Of a stretch of 64,000 bases of DNA, positions 9,324-17,914 are shown one piece after another (position 1 is the stretch's first letter; every line of letters starts with the position of its first letter). Source of the stretch: an uncultured Ruminococcus sp. (GTDB lineage: Bacteria; Bacillota; Clostridia; Oscillospirales; CAG-272). The notes beneath the pieces are model-generated. The model worked only from the letters and a program-made list of their open reading frames with translations, did no database searches and was not told where the DNA came from. The stretch lies in the NCBI GenBank assembly GCA_964463375.1, contig CAYXBQ010000003.1, positions 85,221 to 149,220 of the forward strand, in the 5' to 3' direction. Position numbers and translations under genes: made by a program.

Positions 9324-10502
9324 TTGTCTAAGAAGAAAAAGATCCCGCTTCCGCTCATTGCGCTGGGCTATGTGTTCAGTCCACCGGCGGGCGTTGTGCT
9401 GACGCTGCTGCGTGTTTTCACCGACGCCGTGGACGGGAAAAAAGAAACGGAGACACCGAAGGCCACCCCAGCGCCTGCCCGGGAAAAAGCGCAGGAAAAA
9501 ACAGATGCCACGGAAAAGATGACCGCCGAGTCTGCCGCCAAACGCAGCGGGATCAGCGTACCGGCACTGGTGCTGGGTATTTTTGCCATCCTGTTCCTGC
9601 TGTGTGCGGGGATCGTTCTGCTGTCTTCCATTGGTTCTTTTGGGCTGAGTGAACTGAGTGGTCTTCTGGTGCTTCTTTTCTTAGCCGCTGCGTGCGGTGT
9701 TCCTTCTCTGCATTTCAAGAAGCAGCACGACGAACGAAATGTGATCCGCTCCATCATCGGTAAGCGGGAGACCATTCTGCTGTCTCAGCTGGCCTCTGCC
9801 GCCGACATGAAGCCGAAAAAGCTGCGCAAGGCATTGCAGTCCATGATCAACAAGGGCGAGTTTGGGGAGGAAGCGTACATCGATCTGTCCTCCGGCCGAT
9901 TCATGCGTCACCCGGATGAAATGGAAGAAATGCTGCGTCAGGCGGCGGAAATGCCTGCGGAACCGGAGCCGACAACAGAAGCCGAGGGACCCGACAACTT
10001 CCGTGCCATCATCCTGCAGATCCGCAAGCGCAACGACGACATCAAGGACTACGCCGTCTCCGAGCGCATCTACCGGATCGAGGAGCACACCCAGAACATC
10101 TTCGACTACGTCACCGCCCACCCGGAGGCCATGCCCCAGATCCGCTCCTTCATGAACTATTATCTCCCCACCACCTTAAAGCTGCTGGATTCCTATAGCC
10201 GGATCGAGCAGATGGGCGTGGCGGGCGAGAACATGAAAAAGTCCAAGGAGAACATCGAGCAGATCTTAGATGCTTTGGTGGTGGGCTTCGAGCAGCAGGT
10301 GGACAAGCTGTTCGCCAACGAATCCATCGACATCTCCAGCGAGATCAGCGTACTGGAGACCATGATGAAGCAGGACGGTCTGGACGGCAGAAGCGATTTT
10401 GCCCCGGATCTGACAGAATCCGCAGAAGCACTTGGCTACACGCCCGGCTTCACGGATGATCTGACAGACGGCGGTATGGCTGCCCAGACAAAGCCGGAAT
10501 AA
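9324..10502 (+). CDS. XpaC-like (5-bromo-4-chloroindolyl phosphate hydrolysis family) membrane protein
   Basis: TTG start with AAGGAG SD. N-terminal TM segments. C-terminal IRSFMNYYLPTTLKLLDSY...FEQQVDKLF...DISSEISVLETMMKQDGL signature. Confidence 0.8.
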   Translation: MSKKKKIPLPLIALGYVFSPPAGVVLTLLRVFTDAVDGKKETETPKATPAPAREKAQEKTDATEKMTAESAAKRSGISVPALVLGIFAILFLLCAGIVLLSSIGSFGLSELSGLLVLLFLAAACGVPSLHFKKQHDERNVIRSIIGKRETILLSQLASAADMKPKKLRKALQSMINKGEFGEEAYIDLSSGRFMRHPDEMEEMLRQAAEMPAEPEPTTEAEGPDNFRAIILQIRKRNDDIKDYAVSERIYRIEEHTQNIFDYVTAHPEAMPQIRSFMNYYLPTTLKLLDSYSRIEQMGVAGENMKKSKENIEQILDALVVGFEQQVDKLFANESIDISSEISVLETMMKQDGLDGRSDFAPDLTESAEALGYTPGFTDDLTDGGMAAQTKPE

Positions 10503-10512
10503 AATTTGGCAT

Positions 10513-10567
10513 AAAAATACCCCTGTGCGACCGTGTCGTTTATACGATCGACTGCACAGGGGTTTTT
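10513..10567. terminator. Bidirectional intrinsic terminator between convergent genes
   Basis: CCCCTGTGC / GCACAGGGG stem flanked by A and T runs. Confidence 0.75.
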
Positions 10568-10572
10568 CTATG

Positions 10573-11016
10573 CTATTTTTCCGCCGTTTTTTCGGATTTC
10601 TTCTTAAAGATAAACTTCTTCTGGATGATATAATTCCCTACGAACAAAACTACCTCTGCAATGGGCTTGGCGATCCCCAAAGGCAGATGCAGCACACGGG
10701 TCAGCAGCTCTAAGATCACGTAGCTTTTCAGCAGATGCACCACAATGGCAAGGGAATAATACTCCGGCAACGCAGCCTTCAACGGTGCCGTGGAGTGGAA
10801 CACAAAGCTCCGATTGATGGCGAAGTTCACCGCCGAGGAGCAGCACCAGGCGATAAACGCACCGATCTCCATAGAAGCCGCCGACGGGATCACGGCATTG
10901 AGATACAGATGCAGCACATAGTCCACGGCAAAGGCCACACAGGAGGAAAAGAGATACTTCACCGGCACCCATCCCGCCGCCTGCAGCTTGTCCAAAAGAT
11001 GGCGCAGCTTCGTCAT
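10573..11016 (-). CDS. GtrA-family membrane protein
   Basis: KYLFSSCVAFAVDY...NFAINRSFVF...AKPIAEVVLFVGNYIIQKKFIF. ATGA overlap with the upstream gene, GGAGG SD. Confidence 0.85.
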   Translation of the reverse strand: MTKLRHLLDKLQAAGWVPVKYLFSSCVAFAVDYVLHLYLNAVIPSAASMEIGAFIAWCCSSAVNFAINRSFVFHSTAPLKAALPEYYSLAIVVHLLKSYVILELLTRVLHLPLGIAKPIAEVVLFVGNYIIQKKFIFKKKSEKTAEK

Positions 11017-11819
11017 ACCGCACCTCCCAGCAGCACCTGTGCATTGCGATAGAAGATCTTGTCCAGCAGGGCAGAGGACAGCCCCAGCCCTTCCAAATAG
11101 TCCGCATTCTGTCGAGCACTGCACCAAGGCGCATCACTGCCGAATAGGATCCGGTCGCTGTCGTGCTTTTGCAGGATCCGCATGGCCTGCCGAGGAGACA
11201 GCCCCTCCTTGCACCCCATGGAGGTGTCGATCCAGATCGGCTGACCCGCCAGCTTCGTTTCTGCCGATTCCCACAGACAGTTGCTGCCGTAGTGGGCACA
11301 GACCAGCTTCAGCGTAGGATGGCGGCGGATCACCGTCAGAATGTCCTCCGGCGTGGCGTAGATCTTCTCCGGCGAATACACGTCAAACCCCGCATGGATG
11401 ATCACGAACATACCAAGCTGCGCCGCCGTGTCCAGTATCGGCCCGTAGGCAGGATCGGCAAATGTGTGTCCCATGTAGTCCGGATGCAGCTTGAGCCCAG
11501 GGAGCCCCGCACGGTGGAGCCGCTCGATCTCTTCGACGATATTGGCAGATTCCGGGTGGATCGACCCCAGCGGGATCAGCCGGTCACCGTGGTCGGCTTT
11601 CGTTTGGATGGCAAAATCATTCACATGGGTCTGCTGCCGGGCATTGGTGGCAATGTTGCACACCACCGACTTGTCCACGCCCCAGGCATCCATTTTGGAC
11701 AGCAGGGAAGCGATGGTACCGTCGGTCTCCGGCACATATTTGGCACGTGCAGCCAGTCCTGCAATGGCACGTGCGGCAAGCGAATCGGGAAAAGCGTGTG
11801 TATGAAAATCGATCAGCAT
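11013..11819 (-). CDS. Amidohydrolase-2 family metal-dependent hydrolase
   Basis: IDFHTH, GLKLHPDY, IHAG, AHYG, RILFGSDAPW. Confidence 0.9.
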   Translation of the reverse strand: MLIDFHTHAFPDSLAARAIAGLAARAKYVPETDGTIASLLSKMDAWGVDKSVVCNIATNARQQTHVNDFAIQTKADHGDRLIPLGSIHPESANIVEEIERLHRAGLPGLKLHPDYMGHTFADPAYGPILDTAAQLGMFVIIHAGFDVYSPEKIYATPEDILTVIRRHPTLKLVCAHYGSNCLWESAETKLAGQPIWIDTSMGCKEGLSPRQAMRILQKHDSDRILFGSDAPWCSARQNADYLEGLGLSSALLDKIFYRNAQVLLGGAV

Positions 11820-12029
11820 AAAATAGGTCCGTCACTTTCTGTTGCAAATACAATCCTTATTATACATCCAACGGACAGCGGAGTGTGAAAGAAAATGTAA
11901 ATATAATATGAACAATAAACAGTGGGGGAGAAATTCACAGAAATCGGCGCAGAATGGGGCTGGAATCTGGGCAAAGTCTGGAAATTGCAGAAAACAGCGG
12001 AAAAAAACGCAGAAATTCTCCAAATCCTC

Positions 12030-12058
12030 TTGCAATTTTCGGCGAAAAGGGGTATGAT
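12030..12058 (+). promoter_or_regulatory. sigmaA promoter of the decarboxylase operon
   Basis: TTGCAA-17bp-TATGAT, preceded by phased A-tracts. Confidence 0.7.
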
Positions 12059-12157
12059 TATTATAATGGGGTAGATTGGTACTTTGTTTTACCGAAAAAG
12101 GAACAAAAGATCGCATCTCCCCTCTATACCGTTATTTCAATCAACCGGAGGACATAA

Positions 12158-13639
12158 ATGGAAACAAAGAGTTTTGAGGTTTTGTATCGTTCTCTTGCCG
12201 GGAATGCTGGCAAAACCGCCTCTGCACTGCGGGAGACCTTGGCCTCTCTGGATGGCAGTGCCAGAGAACGCATTGCCATGTTGTTCGATGAAGGGACATT
12301 TGTGGAAACGGGCGCATATGTGACCCGTCGAAACAGTGAATTCGAGGACAACGCCAATGAGGAGCTGGAAGGCGTGATCACGGGCTGGGGCGCAGTGAAC
12401 GGCAGCTTAGTGTATGCCTACGCACAGGATCTGTCCCGTACCAAGGGCGCAGTCAGCGAGACCCAGGCACAAAAGATCGCCGAGCTGTACCGGATGGCCA
12501 CCGAAAACGGCGCACCCATCATCGGGATCTTCGATAGCGCCGGTGCCTATCTGCCGGAAGGGATCCGGGCATTGGCCGCATACGGCAAGATCATGAAGGC
12601 CGCCTCTCTGGCCTCTGGCGTGATCCCCCAGATCGCTGTGGTACCGGGTATCTCTCAGGGTGCCGCTGCCGTCATCGCCGGCATGTACGATTTCGTCATC
12701 GTCACCGAGGACACTGCCTCCATCAGCGTAAATCCCCCCTTCGTGGTGGGTGCGGATGCCGGGAAGTCCACCTTCGCCGCCGAGTCCGGTCTGGCTGCCA
12801 TCACCGCCAAGGACACCGCCGAAGCCATTGGCTATGCCAAGCTGCTTATCTCCATGCTGCCTGCCAACAACGCAGAAGGCACCGTGGACACCATCTCTGC
12901 CGACGAAGTGAACCGCCTGGTATCCATCGATGCCTATACGGCCTCTAAGGATATGAAGGCACTGATCGCTGCATTTGCGGACGACGCAAAGTTTGTGGAG
13001 CTGTGGAGCACCTATGCACCGGAAGCTGTTACCGGGCTTGTTTCCCTGGGCGGTACCGTATGCGGCGTGGTCGGCAATAACCATGCTGTAAACGAGGGTA
13101 TCCTGACCGCTGCCGCTGCCAGAAAGCTCACCAAGCTGATCTCCTTCTGCGACTGCTACAACATCCCCGTGATCACACTGGTGGATTCCAAGGGCGTTGA
13201 CGTGTCCGTAGAAGCCGAAAAGAGCCCCTATGCCGCTGAGCTTGCCAAGCTGGCCCACACCTACGCTATGGCTCGTACACCCATGATCACCCTGAACGCC
13301 GGGGAAGCCTATGGTACCGTGTTCACCCTGATGGGCTCTAAGGCACTGGGCGCTGACGTTGTGCTGTGCCTGGAGGATGCCAAGATCGGTGTGATGCCCG
13401 CCGCTTCTGCCGTTGCCTTCCTGTGGAACGACCAGATCACCGGAGACGTGACCAGAGCCGAGCTGGAAGAGAAGTGGGATGCTACCGTGGGTACGCCCGT
13501 TGCCGCTGCCAGAGCCGGTGAAGTAGACGACATCATCGCCGCCGGTGAGATCCGCCAGAGACTGACTGCCGCCGTTATGATGCTGCAATCCAAGAGCAAA
13601 GGCTCTCCGTACCGCCGCCATGTCAATATGCCTCTGTGA
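12158..13639 (+). CDS. Acyl-CoA carboxyltransferase (MmdA/PccB/12S-like), divergent
   Basis: ARERIAMLFDEGTFVE, GVITGWG, DSAGA, ASGVIPQI, FCDCYNIPVITLVD, RRHVNMPL. Confidence 0.85.
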   Translation: METKSFEVLYRSLAGNAGKTASALRETLASLDGSARERIAMLFDEGTFVETGAYVTRRNSEFEDNANEELEGVITGWGAVNGSLVYAYAQDLSRTKGAVSETQAQKIAELYRMATENGAPIIGIFDSAGAYLPEGIRALAAYGKIMKAASLASGVIPQIAVVPGISQGAAAVIAGMYDFVIVTEDTASISVNPPFVVGADAGKSTFAAESGLAAITAKDTAEAIGYAKLLISMLPANNAEGTVDTISADEVNRLVSIDAYTASKDMKALIAAFADDAKFVELWSTYAPEAVTGLVSLGGTVCGVVGNNHAVNEGILTAAAARKLTKLISFCDCYNIPVITLVDSKGVDVSVEAEKSPYAAELAKLAHTYAMARTPMITLNAGEAYGTVFTLMGSKALGADVVLCLEDAKIGVMPAASAVAFLWNDQITGDVTRAELEEKWDATVGTPVAAARAGEVDDIIAAGEIRQRLTAAVMMLQSKSKGSPYRRHVNMPL

Positions 13640-13661
13640 TCGCAGTCGGAGGTAATAGACT

Positions 13662-14084
13662 ATGAAAATGATTTCTATCGCACTGACTTCCATGACGATG
13701 GCAGATAAGTTCTCCCTGTCCGGAGAAATGCTGCTCCGTGGGATGGGCACTGTATTCATGGTGCTGATCATCTTGTTTGTGATCTTGAAGATCTTTGGTG
13801 CCGTGTTTGGCGGTGCTACCAAGGAAAAGCCCCAGAGCGCACCGGCTCCCAAAGCAGCCAAAGCCGAAGCACCTGATGCCCCTGCGGCTGCTGCACCGGC
13901 TCCGGCTCCTGTACAAACGGCCGCTCCCGCACAGGATGACAGCCAACTGATCGCCGTGATCACCGCTGCCATCGCTGCATACCAGAGCGAATCCGGCAAA
14001 CCCAATCTGCCTTTCCGGGTAGTTTCCTTTACAAGAAAAAACAACGCTTCCGGCTGGATGGGAAATTCAGCGGACAATCAGTGA
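13662..14084 (+). CDS. oadG: Na+-translocating decarboxylase gamma/delta subunit (OadG/MmdD family)
   Basis: GMGTVFMVLIIL TM segment, Ala/Pro linker, LIAVITAAIAAY. Confidence 0.85.
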   Translation: MKMISIALTSMTMADKFSLSGEMLLRGMGTVFMVLIILFVILKIFGAVFGGATKEKPQSAPAPKAAKAEAPDAPAAAAPAPAPVQTAAPAQDDSQLIAVITAAIAAYQSESGKPNLPFRVVSFTRKNNASGWMGNSADNQ

Positions 14085-14102
14085 TTTTGGAGGATTTCTG
14101 CA

Positions 14103-14510
14103 ATGAAGAAGTACAATGTTACCGTTAACGGTGTGACCTACGAAGTTCTGGTAGAAGAAGCCGGTGCCGCCACTGCCCCTGTTGCAGCACCTGTAGCCGC
14201 TCCCGCCGCTGCACCCGCACCCGCTGCTGCACCTGCTCCGGCCCCGGCTGCCGCACCTGCTCCCGCTGCCGCACCTGCTGCTGCTCCGGCTGCCGGTTCT
14301 GCTACCATCAACGCACCCATGCCCGGCACCATCTTGAAGATGAACGTCAAGGTGGGTGACACCATTGCCAAGGACGACCTGGTATGCATCCTGGAAGCTA
14401 TGAAGATGGAAAACGAGATCTTTGCTGCCGAAGGCGGTAAGGTCGTTGCCATCAATGCTCCGCAGGGCGCAACGGTCAACTCCGGCGACCCCATCGTAAC
14501 GCTGGGTTGA
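14103..14510 (+). CDS. Biotin carboxyl carrier protein
   Basis: MKKYNVTVNG, Ala/Pro linker, EAMKMENE biotinylation site. Confidence 0.95.
   Translation: MKKYNVTVNGVTYEVLVEEAGAATAPVAAPVAAPAAAPAPAAAPAPAPAAAPAPAAAPAAAPAAGSATINAPMPGTILKMNVKVGDTIAKDDLVCILEAMKMENEIFAAEGGKVVAINAPQGATVNSGDPIVTLG
14165..14295 (+). repeat. Low-complexity Ala/Pro linker repeats (AAPAPA) in the biotin carrier
   Basis: Imperfect GCTGCNGCACCTGCTCCN codon repeats; coding low complexity. Confidence 0.8.
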
Positions 14511-14557
14511 GACTGCTCCGTTATCATAAATTTTTGAGAAATGGAGTGGAGTGAATT

Positions 14558-15745
14558 TTGAGTTTCTTTTCTGATTTTTATAACTCGACCGGGATCCCCC
14601 AGCTGTTGGCAGACCCTGTCCTGCTGGTGAAGACCCTGATCATGTACGTGATCATCGGCGTGCTGTTCTATCTGGCCGTGGTCAAAAAGTTCGAACCCCT
14701 GCTGCTGCTGCCTATCGCATTTGGTATGCTGCTGGCCAACCTGCCCGGCGCAAACCTGTTCCACATGGATCTCTTTATCCATGAAGACGGTTCGCCTATC
14801 AACATCCAGACCATCGTGGAACAGGGCAACCTGATCGACTTCCTGTATCTGGGTGTAAAGCTGGGTATCTATCCGTCTTTGATCTTCTTAGGCGTTGGTG
14901 CCATGACAGACTTCTCTGCACTGATCGCCAACCCTAAGTCTCTGCTGCTGGGTGCTGCTGCCCAGTTCGGCGTGTTTGCAGCTTTCATCGGCGCACTGTT
15001 CTTAGGCTTCACACCGGAGCAGGCCTCCGCTATCGGTATCATCGGTGGTGCCGACGGTCCTACCGCCATCCTGGTCACCAAGACCCTTGCGCCGGAGCTG
15101 CTGGGTGCCATCGCCATTGCGGCTTATAGCTACATGGCCCTGATCCCCATCATCCAGCCCCCGTTCATGAAGCTGCTGACCACCAAGAAGGAACGCAGCA
15201 TCGTCATGACCACCCTGCGTCCCGTTTCCAAGACCGAGAAGGTCATCTTCCCCATCGTGGTGACCCTGGTCGTTTGTATCATCGTACCGGATGCGGCTCC
15301 TCTGGTGGGCTTCCTGATGCTGGGGAACCTGCTCAACGTCTCCGGCGTGACCGACCGTCTGTCTAAGACCGCACAGAACGAGCTGATGAACATCGTCACC
15401 ATCTGCCTGGGCGTTTCCGTTGGTGCTACTGCCAACGCCAATAACTTCCTGGCACTGGATACCTTGAAGATCATCTTCTTAGGTCTGGCTGCATTCTGCC
15501 TGTCTACCGTTGGTGGTCTGATCGGCGGTAAGATCATGTGCTGGGCTACCAAGGGTCAGGTCAACCCCCTGATCGGTTCTGCCGGTGTTTCTGCCGTGCC
15601 GATGGCTGCCCGTGTTGCACAGATAGAAGGCCAGAAGGAGAATCCTTCCAACTTCCTGCTGATGCACGCCATGGGTCCCAACGTAGCCGGTGTTATCGGT
15701 TCCGCTGTGGCTGCCGGTGTATTCCTGCAAAATTTCGCGAAATAA
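14558..15745 (+). CDS. oadB: Na+-translocating decarboxylase beta subunit
   Basis: FEPLLLLPIAFG, IGIIGGADGPTAI, AAYSYMAL, GVSAVPMAARV, HAMGPNVAGVIGS. TTG start. Confidence 0.95.
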   Translation: MSFFSDFYNSTGIPQLLADPVLLVKTLIMYVIIGVLFYLAVVKKFEPLLLLPIAFGMLLANLPGANLFHMDLFIHEDGSPINIQTIVEQGNLIDFLYLGVKLGIYPSLIFLGVGAMTDFSALIANPKSLLLGAAAQFGVFAAFIGALFLGFTPEQASAIGIIGGADGPTAILVTKTLAPELLGAIAIAAYSYMALIPIIQPPFMKLLTTKKERSIVMTTLRPVSKTEKVIFPIVVTLVVCIIVPDAAPLVGFLMLGNLLNVSGVTDRLSKTAQNELMNIVTICLGVSVGATANANNFLALDTLKIIFLGLAAFCLSTVGGLIGGKIMCWATKGQVNPLIGSAGVSAVPMAARVAQIEGQKENPSNFLLMHAMGPNVAGVIGSAVAAGVFLQNFAK

Positions 15746-15781
15746 GCCGATTGTGTGATGTGAAAGGATACGAATAAAGAT

Positions 15782-17179
15782 ATGGCAAAAGTAAAAATAA
15801 CCGAAACCGCGCTCCGGGACGCACACCAGTCTCTGATCGCTACCCGTATGACTACGGAAGAAATGCTGCCGATTTTGGCAGATATGGACAAGATCGGTTA
15901 CCATTCTCTGGAAGCCTGGGGCGGCGCCACCTTTGACTCCTGCCTCCGGTTCCTGAATGAAGACCCCTGGGAAAGACTGCGGAAGATCCGTGCCGAGGTG
16001 AAGAACACCAAGCTGCAAATGCTGTTCCGTGGTCAGAACATTCTGGGGTATCGTCACTATGCAGACGACGTGGTAGAATATTTCGTGCAGAAGTCCATCG
16101 CCAACGGTATTGACATCCTCCGGATCTTCGACGCTATGAACGATGCTCGGAACCTGCAAACCGCCATCAAGGCCACCAAGAAGGAAGGCGGTCACGTACA
16201 GGCTGCCATCAGCTATACCATCAGCCCCGTGCACTCCAACGAAGCCTTCTGTAAGTACGCAAAGGAGCTGGAAGACATGGGTGCCGACTCCATCTGCATC
16301 AAGGATATGTCCGGCCTGCTGACGCCCTACGCTGCCTTTGATCTGGTGACTGCGCTGAAGTCCACCGTGAAGGTGCCGATCCAGCTGCATACCCACTACA
16401 CCACCGGCCTTGCTTCCATGACCGTGCTGAAGGCCATCGAAGCCGGCGTGGACATCGTGGATACCGCTATCTCCCCCATGTCCATGGGTACGTCTCAGCC
16501 CCCGACAGAGCCCATCGTAGCTACCCTCCAGGGCACGCCCTACGACACCGGTCTGGATCTGAACGCACTGGATAAGGTCAGCAAGTACTTCGCACCGCTG
16601 CGGGAAAAGTATATGTCCTCCGGCCTGCTGGATCCCAAGGTGCTGAAGGTGGACGTAAACTGCCTGATGTACCAGGTACCCGGCGGTATGCTGTCCAACC
16701 TGGTGTCTCAGCTGAAGCAGCAGGGCAAGAGCGAAAAGCTGGCTGAGGTGCTGGAGGAAGTGCCGAGAGTGCGTCAGGATGCCGGTTACCCGCCATTGGT
16801 AACGCCTACCTCCCAGATCGTGGGTACACAGGCTGTGCTGAACGTCATCGCCGGCGAACGCTACAAGATGGTGTCCAAGGAATTCAAGGGCATGATCCGT
16901 GGCGACTACGGGAAGTCTCCTGTAGAAGTAGACCCCGCATTCCGGCAGCAGATCATCGGCAACGAAAAGCCCATCACCTGCCGTCCCGCCGACCTGTTGA
17001 AGCCGGAGCTGGACAACCTGCGTGAGGCTGTGAAGCCCTACATGGAACAGGAAGAGGACGTGCTGTCCTACGCCCTGTTCGAACAGGTGGCTACCAAGTT
17101 CTTCGAATATAGAAAAGCCAAGAAATACGGTCTGGATGCGGACAACGCAGACGTTGCGCAGAAGGTTCATTCGGTATAA
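15782..17179 (+). CDS. oadA: Oxaloacetate decarboxylase alpha / pyruvate carboxyltransferase (5S-like), no biotin domain
   Basis: LRDAHQSL, WGGATFD, CIKDMSG, HTHYT, QVPGGM, PPLVTPTSQIVG. No MKM motif. Confidence 0.92.
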   Translation: MAKVKITETALRDAHQSLIATRMTTEEMLPILADMDKIGYHSLEAWGGATFDSCLRFLNEDPWERLRKIRAEVKNTKLQMLFRGQNILGYRHYADDVVEYFVQKSIANGIDILRIFDAMNDARNLQTAIKATKKEGGHVQAAISYTISPVHSNEAFCKYAKELEDMGADSICIKDMSGLLTPYAAFDLVTALKSTVKVPIQLHTHYTTGLASMTVLKAIEAGVDIVDTAISPMSMGTSQPPTEPIVATLQGTPYDTGLDLNALDKVSKYFAPLREKYMSSGLLDPKVLKVDVNCLMYQVPGGMLSNLVSQLKQQGKSEKLAEVLEEVPRVRQDAGYPPLVTPTSQIVGTQAVLNVIAGERYKMVSKEFKGMIRGDYGKSPVEVDPAFRQQIIGNEKPITCRPADLLKPELDNLREAVKPYMEQEEDVLSYALFEQVATKFFEYRKAKKYGLDADNADVAQKVHSV

Positions 17180-17185
17180 GAAATA

Positions 17186-17842
17186 ATGGTGCTCGTATTG
17201 GATATGGAAGTTTCCGAACGGGCATTGGCACTGCGCAAGAGAGTCCTACAAATGGGATTCCCTTGCGCAGTTTCTTTTCCGCCCTTTGCCATAGAGCATC
17301 TTCGACCGATCGTCTGCGCTTTGACCTTTCAGGATGTGGCGGAAAGGGTACGCTCTTGCTGCTTGTGTGAGGTACCTGTATTGGCATGGGGAGAAGGCTT
17401 TGTGAGCAAAATGCTGCACATCTGCGTGCTGTCAACGGAAGAGCTGCTGCTGACCAGAATGGAGAGGATCCTTTGCAGCAAAATGGGGTGGCAAAGGTTT
17501 TCTGCGGGCGGCAGACAGGGCTATTATCTCGATCACGGTTTTGCCATGACCGAGCAAAGCCTCCAATATCAGATCTATACGCTTCCGTTGCGGGAACGAG
17601 ACAGGCTGATCCTGATGACGATCCTCACATCTCCCGGCATACGAAATTCGTGCCGCCGTATCGAAGCATACAGCTTTCCCTATCCGTATCACGAAAACGA
17701 GAATAGCATGGCGAAAACCATCTCCACGCATATTTCTCATATCAACAAGACGATGCTGGCCTGCTGCTGCCAAAAATGCATTCGATACGATCGATGTGAA
17801 CCGGGAGGATATGTCCTGCAAATACATACCCACGGAAACTAA
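17186..17842 (+). CDS. Hypothetical protein: degenerate receiver-like N-terminus and OmpR-type winged helix
   Basis: MVLVLD...GFPCAV...VPVLAW at the N-terminus. LRERDRLILMTIL...TISTHISHINK...IRY...GGYVL at the C-terminus. Cys-rich, weak codon bias. Confidence 0.6.
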   Translation: MVLVLDMEVSERALALRKRVLQMGFPCAVSFPPFAIEHLRPIVCALTFQDVAERVRSCCLCEVPVLAWGEGFVSKMLHICVLSTEELLLTRMERILCSKMGWQRFSAGGRQGYYLDHGFAMTEQSLQYQIYTLPLRERDRLILMTILTSPGIRNSCRRIEAYSFPYPYHENENSMAKTISTHISHINKTMLACCCQKCIRYDRCEPGGYVLQIHTHGN

Positions 17843-17914
17843 ATGCAATATAAACATGTGCTGTCTCGTGTTCTCCAAGGAGGCAGCGCATTTTTGTACG
17901 AGAAAGTAGGAATT

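Noticed and set aside
14165-14295. Tandem GCN/CCN repeats as a VNTR or array
   Set aside because: Ordinary Ala/Pro flexible linker of a biotin carrier protein.
12407-17170. Very long antisense ORFs (12407-14077, 15479-17170; likewise 25059-26495, 40830-42260, 44635-45864, 45905-47347, 49827-51089)
   Set aside because: Shadow frames of strongly codon-biased genes in GC-rich DNA, where few TTA/CTA/TCA codons mean few antisense stops. No SD or family motifs.
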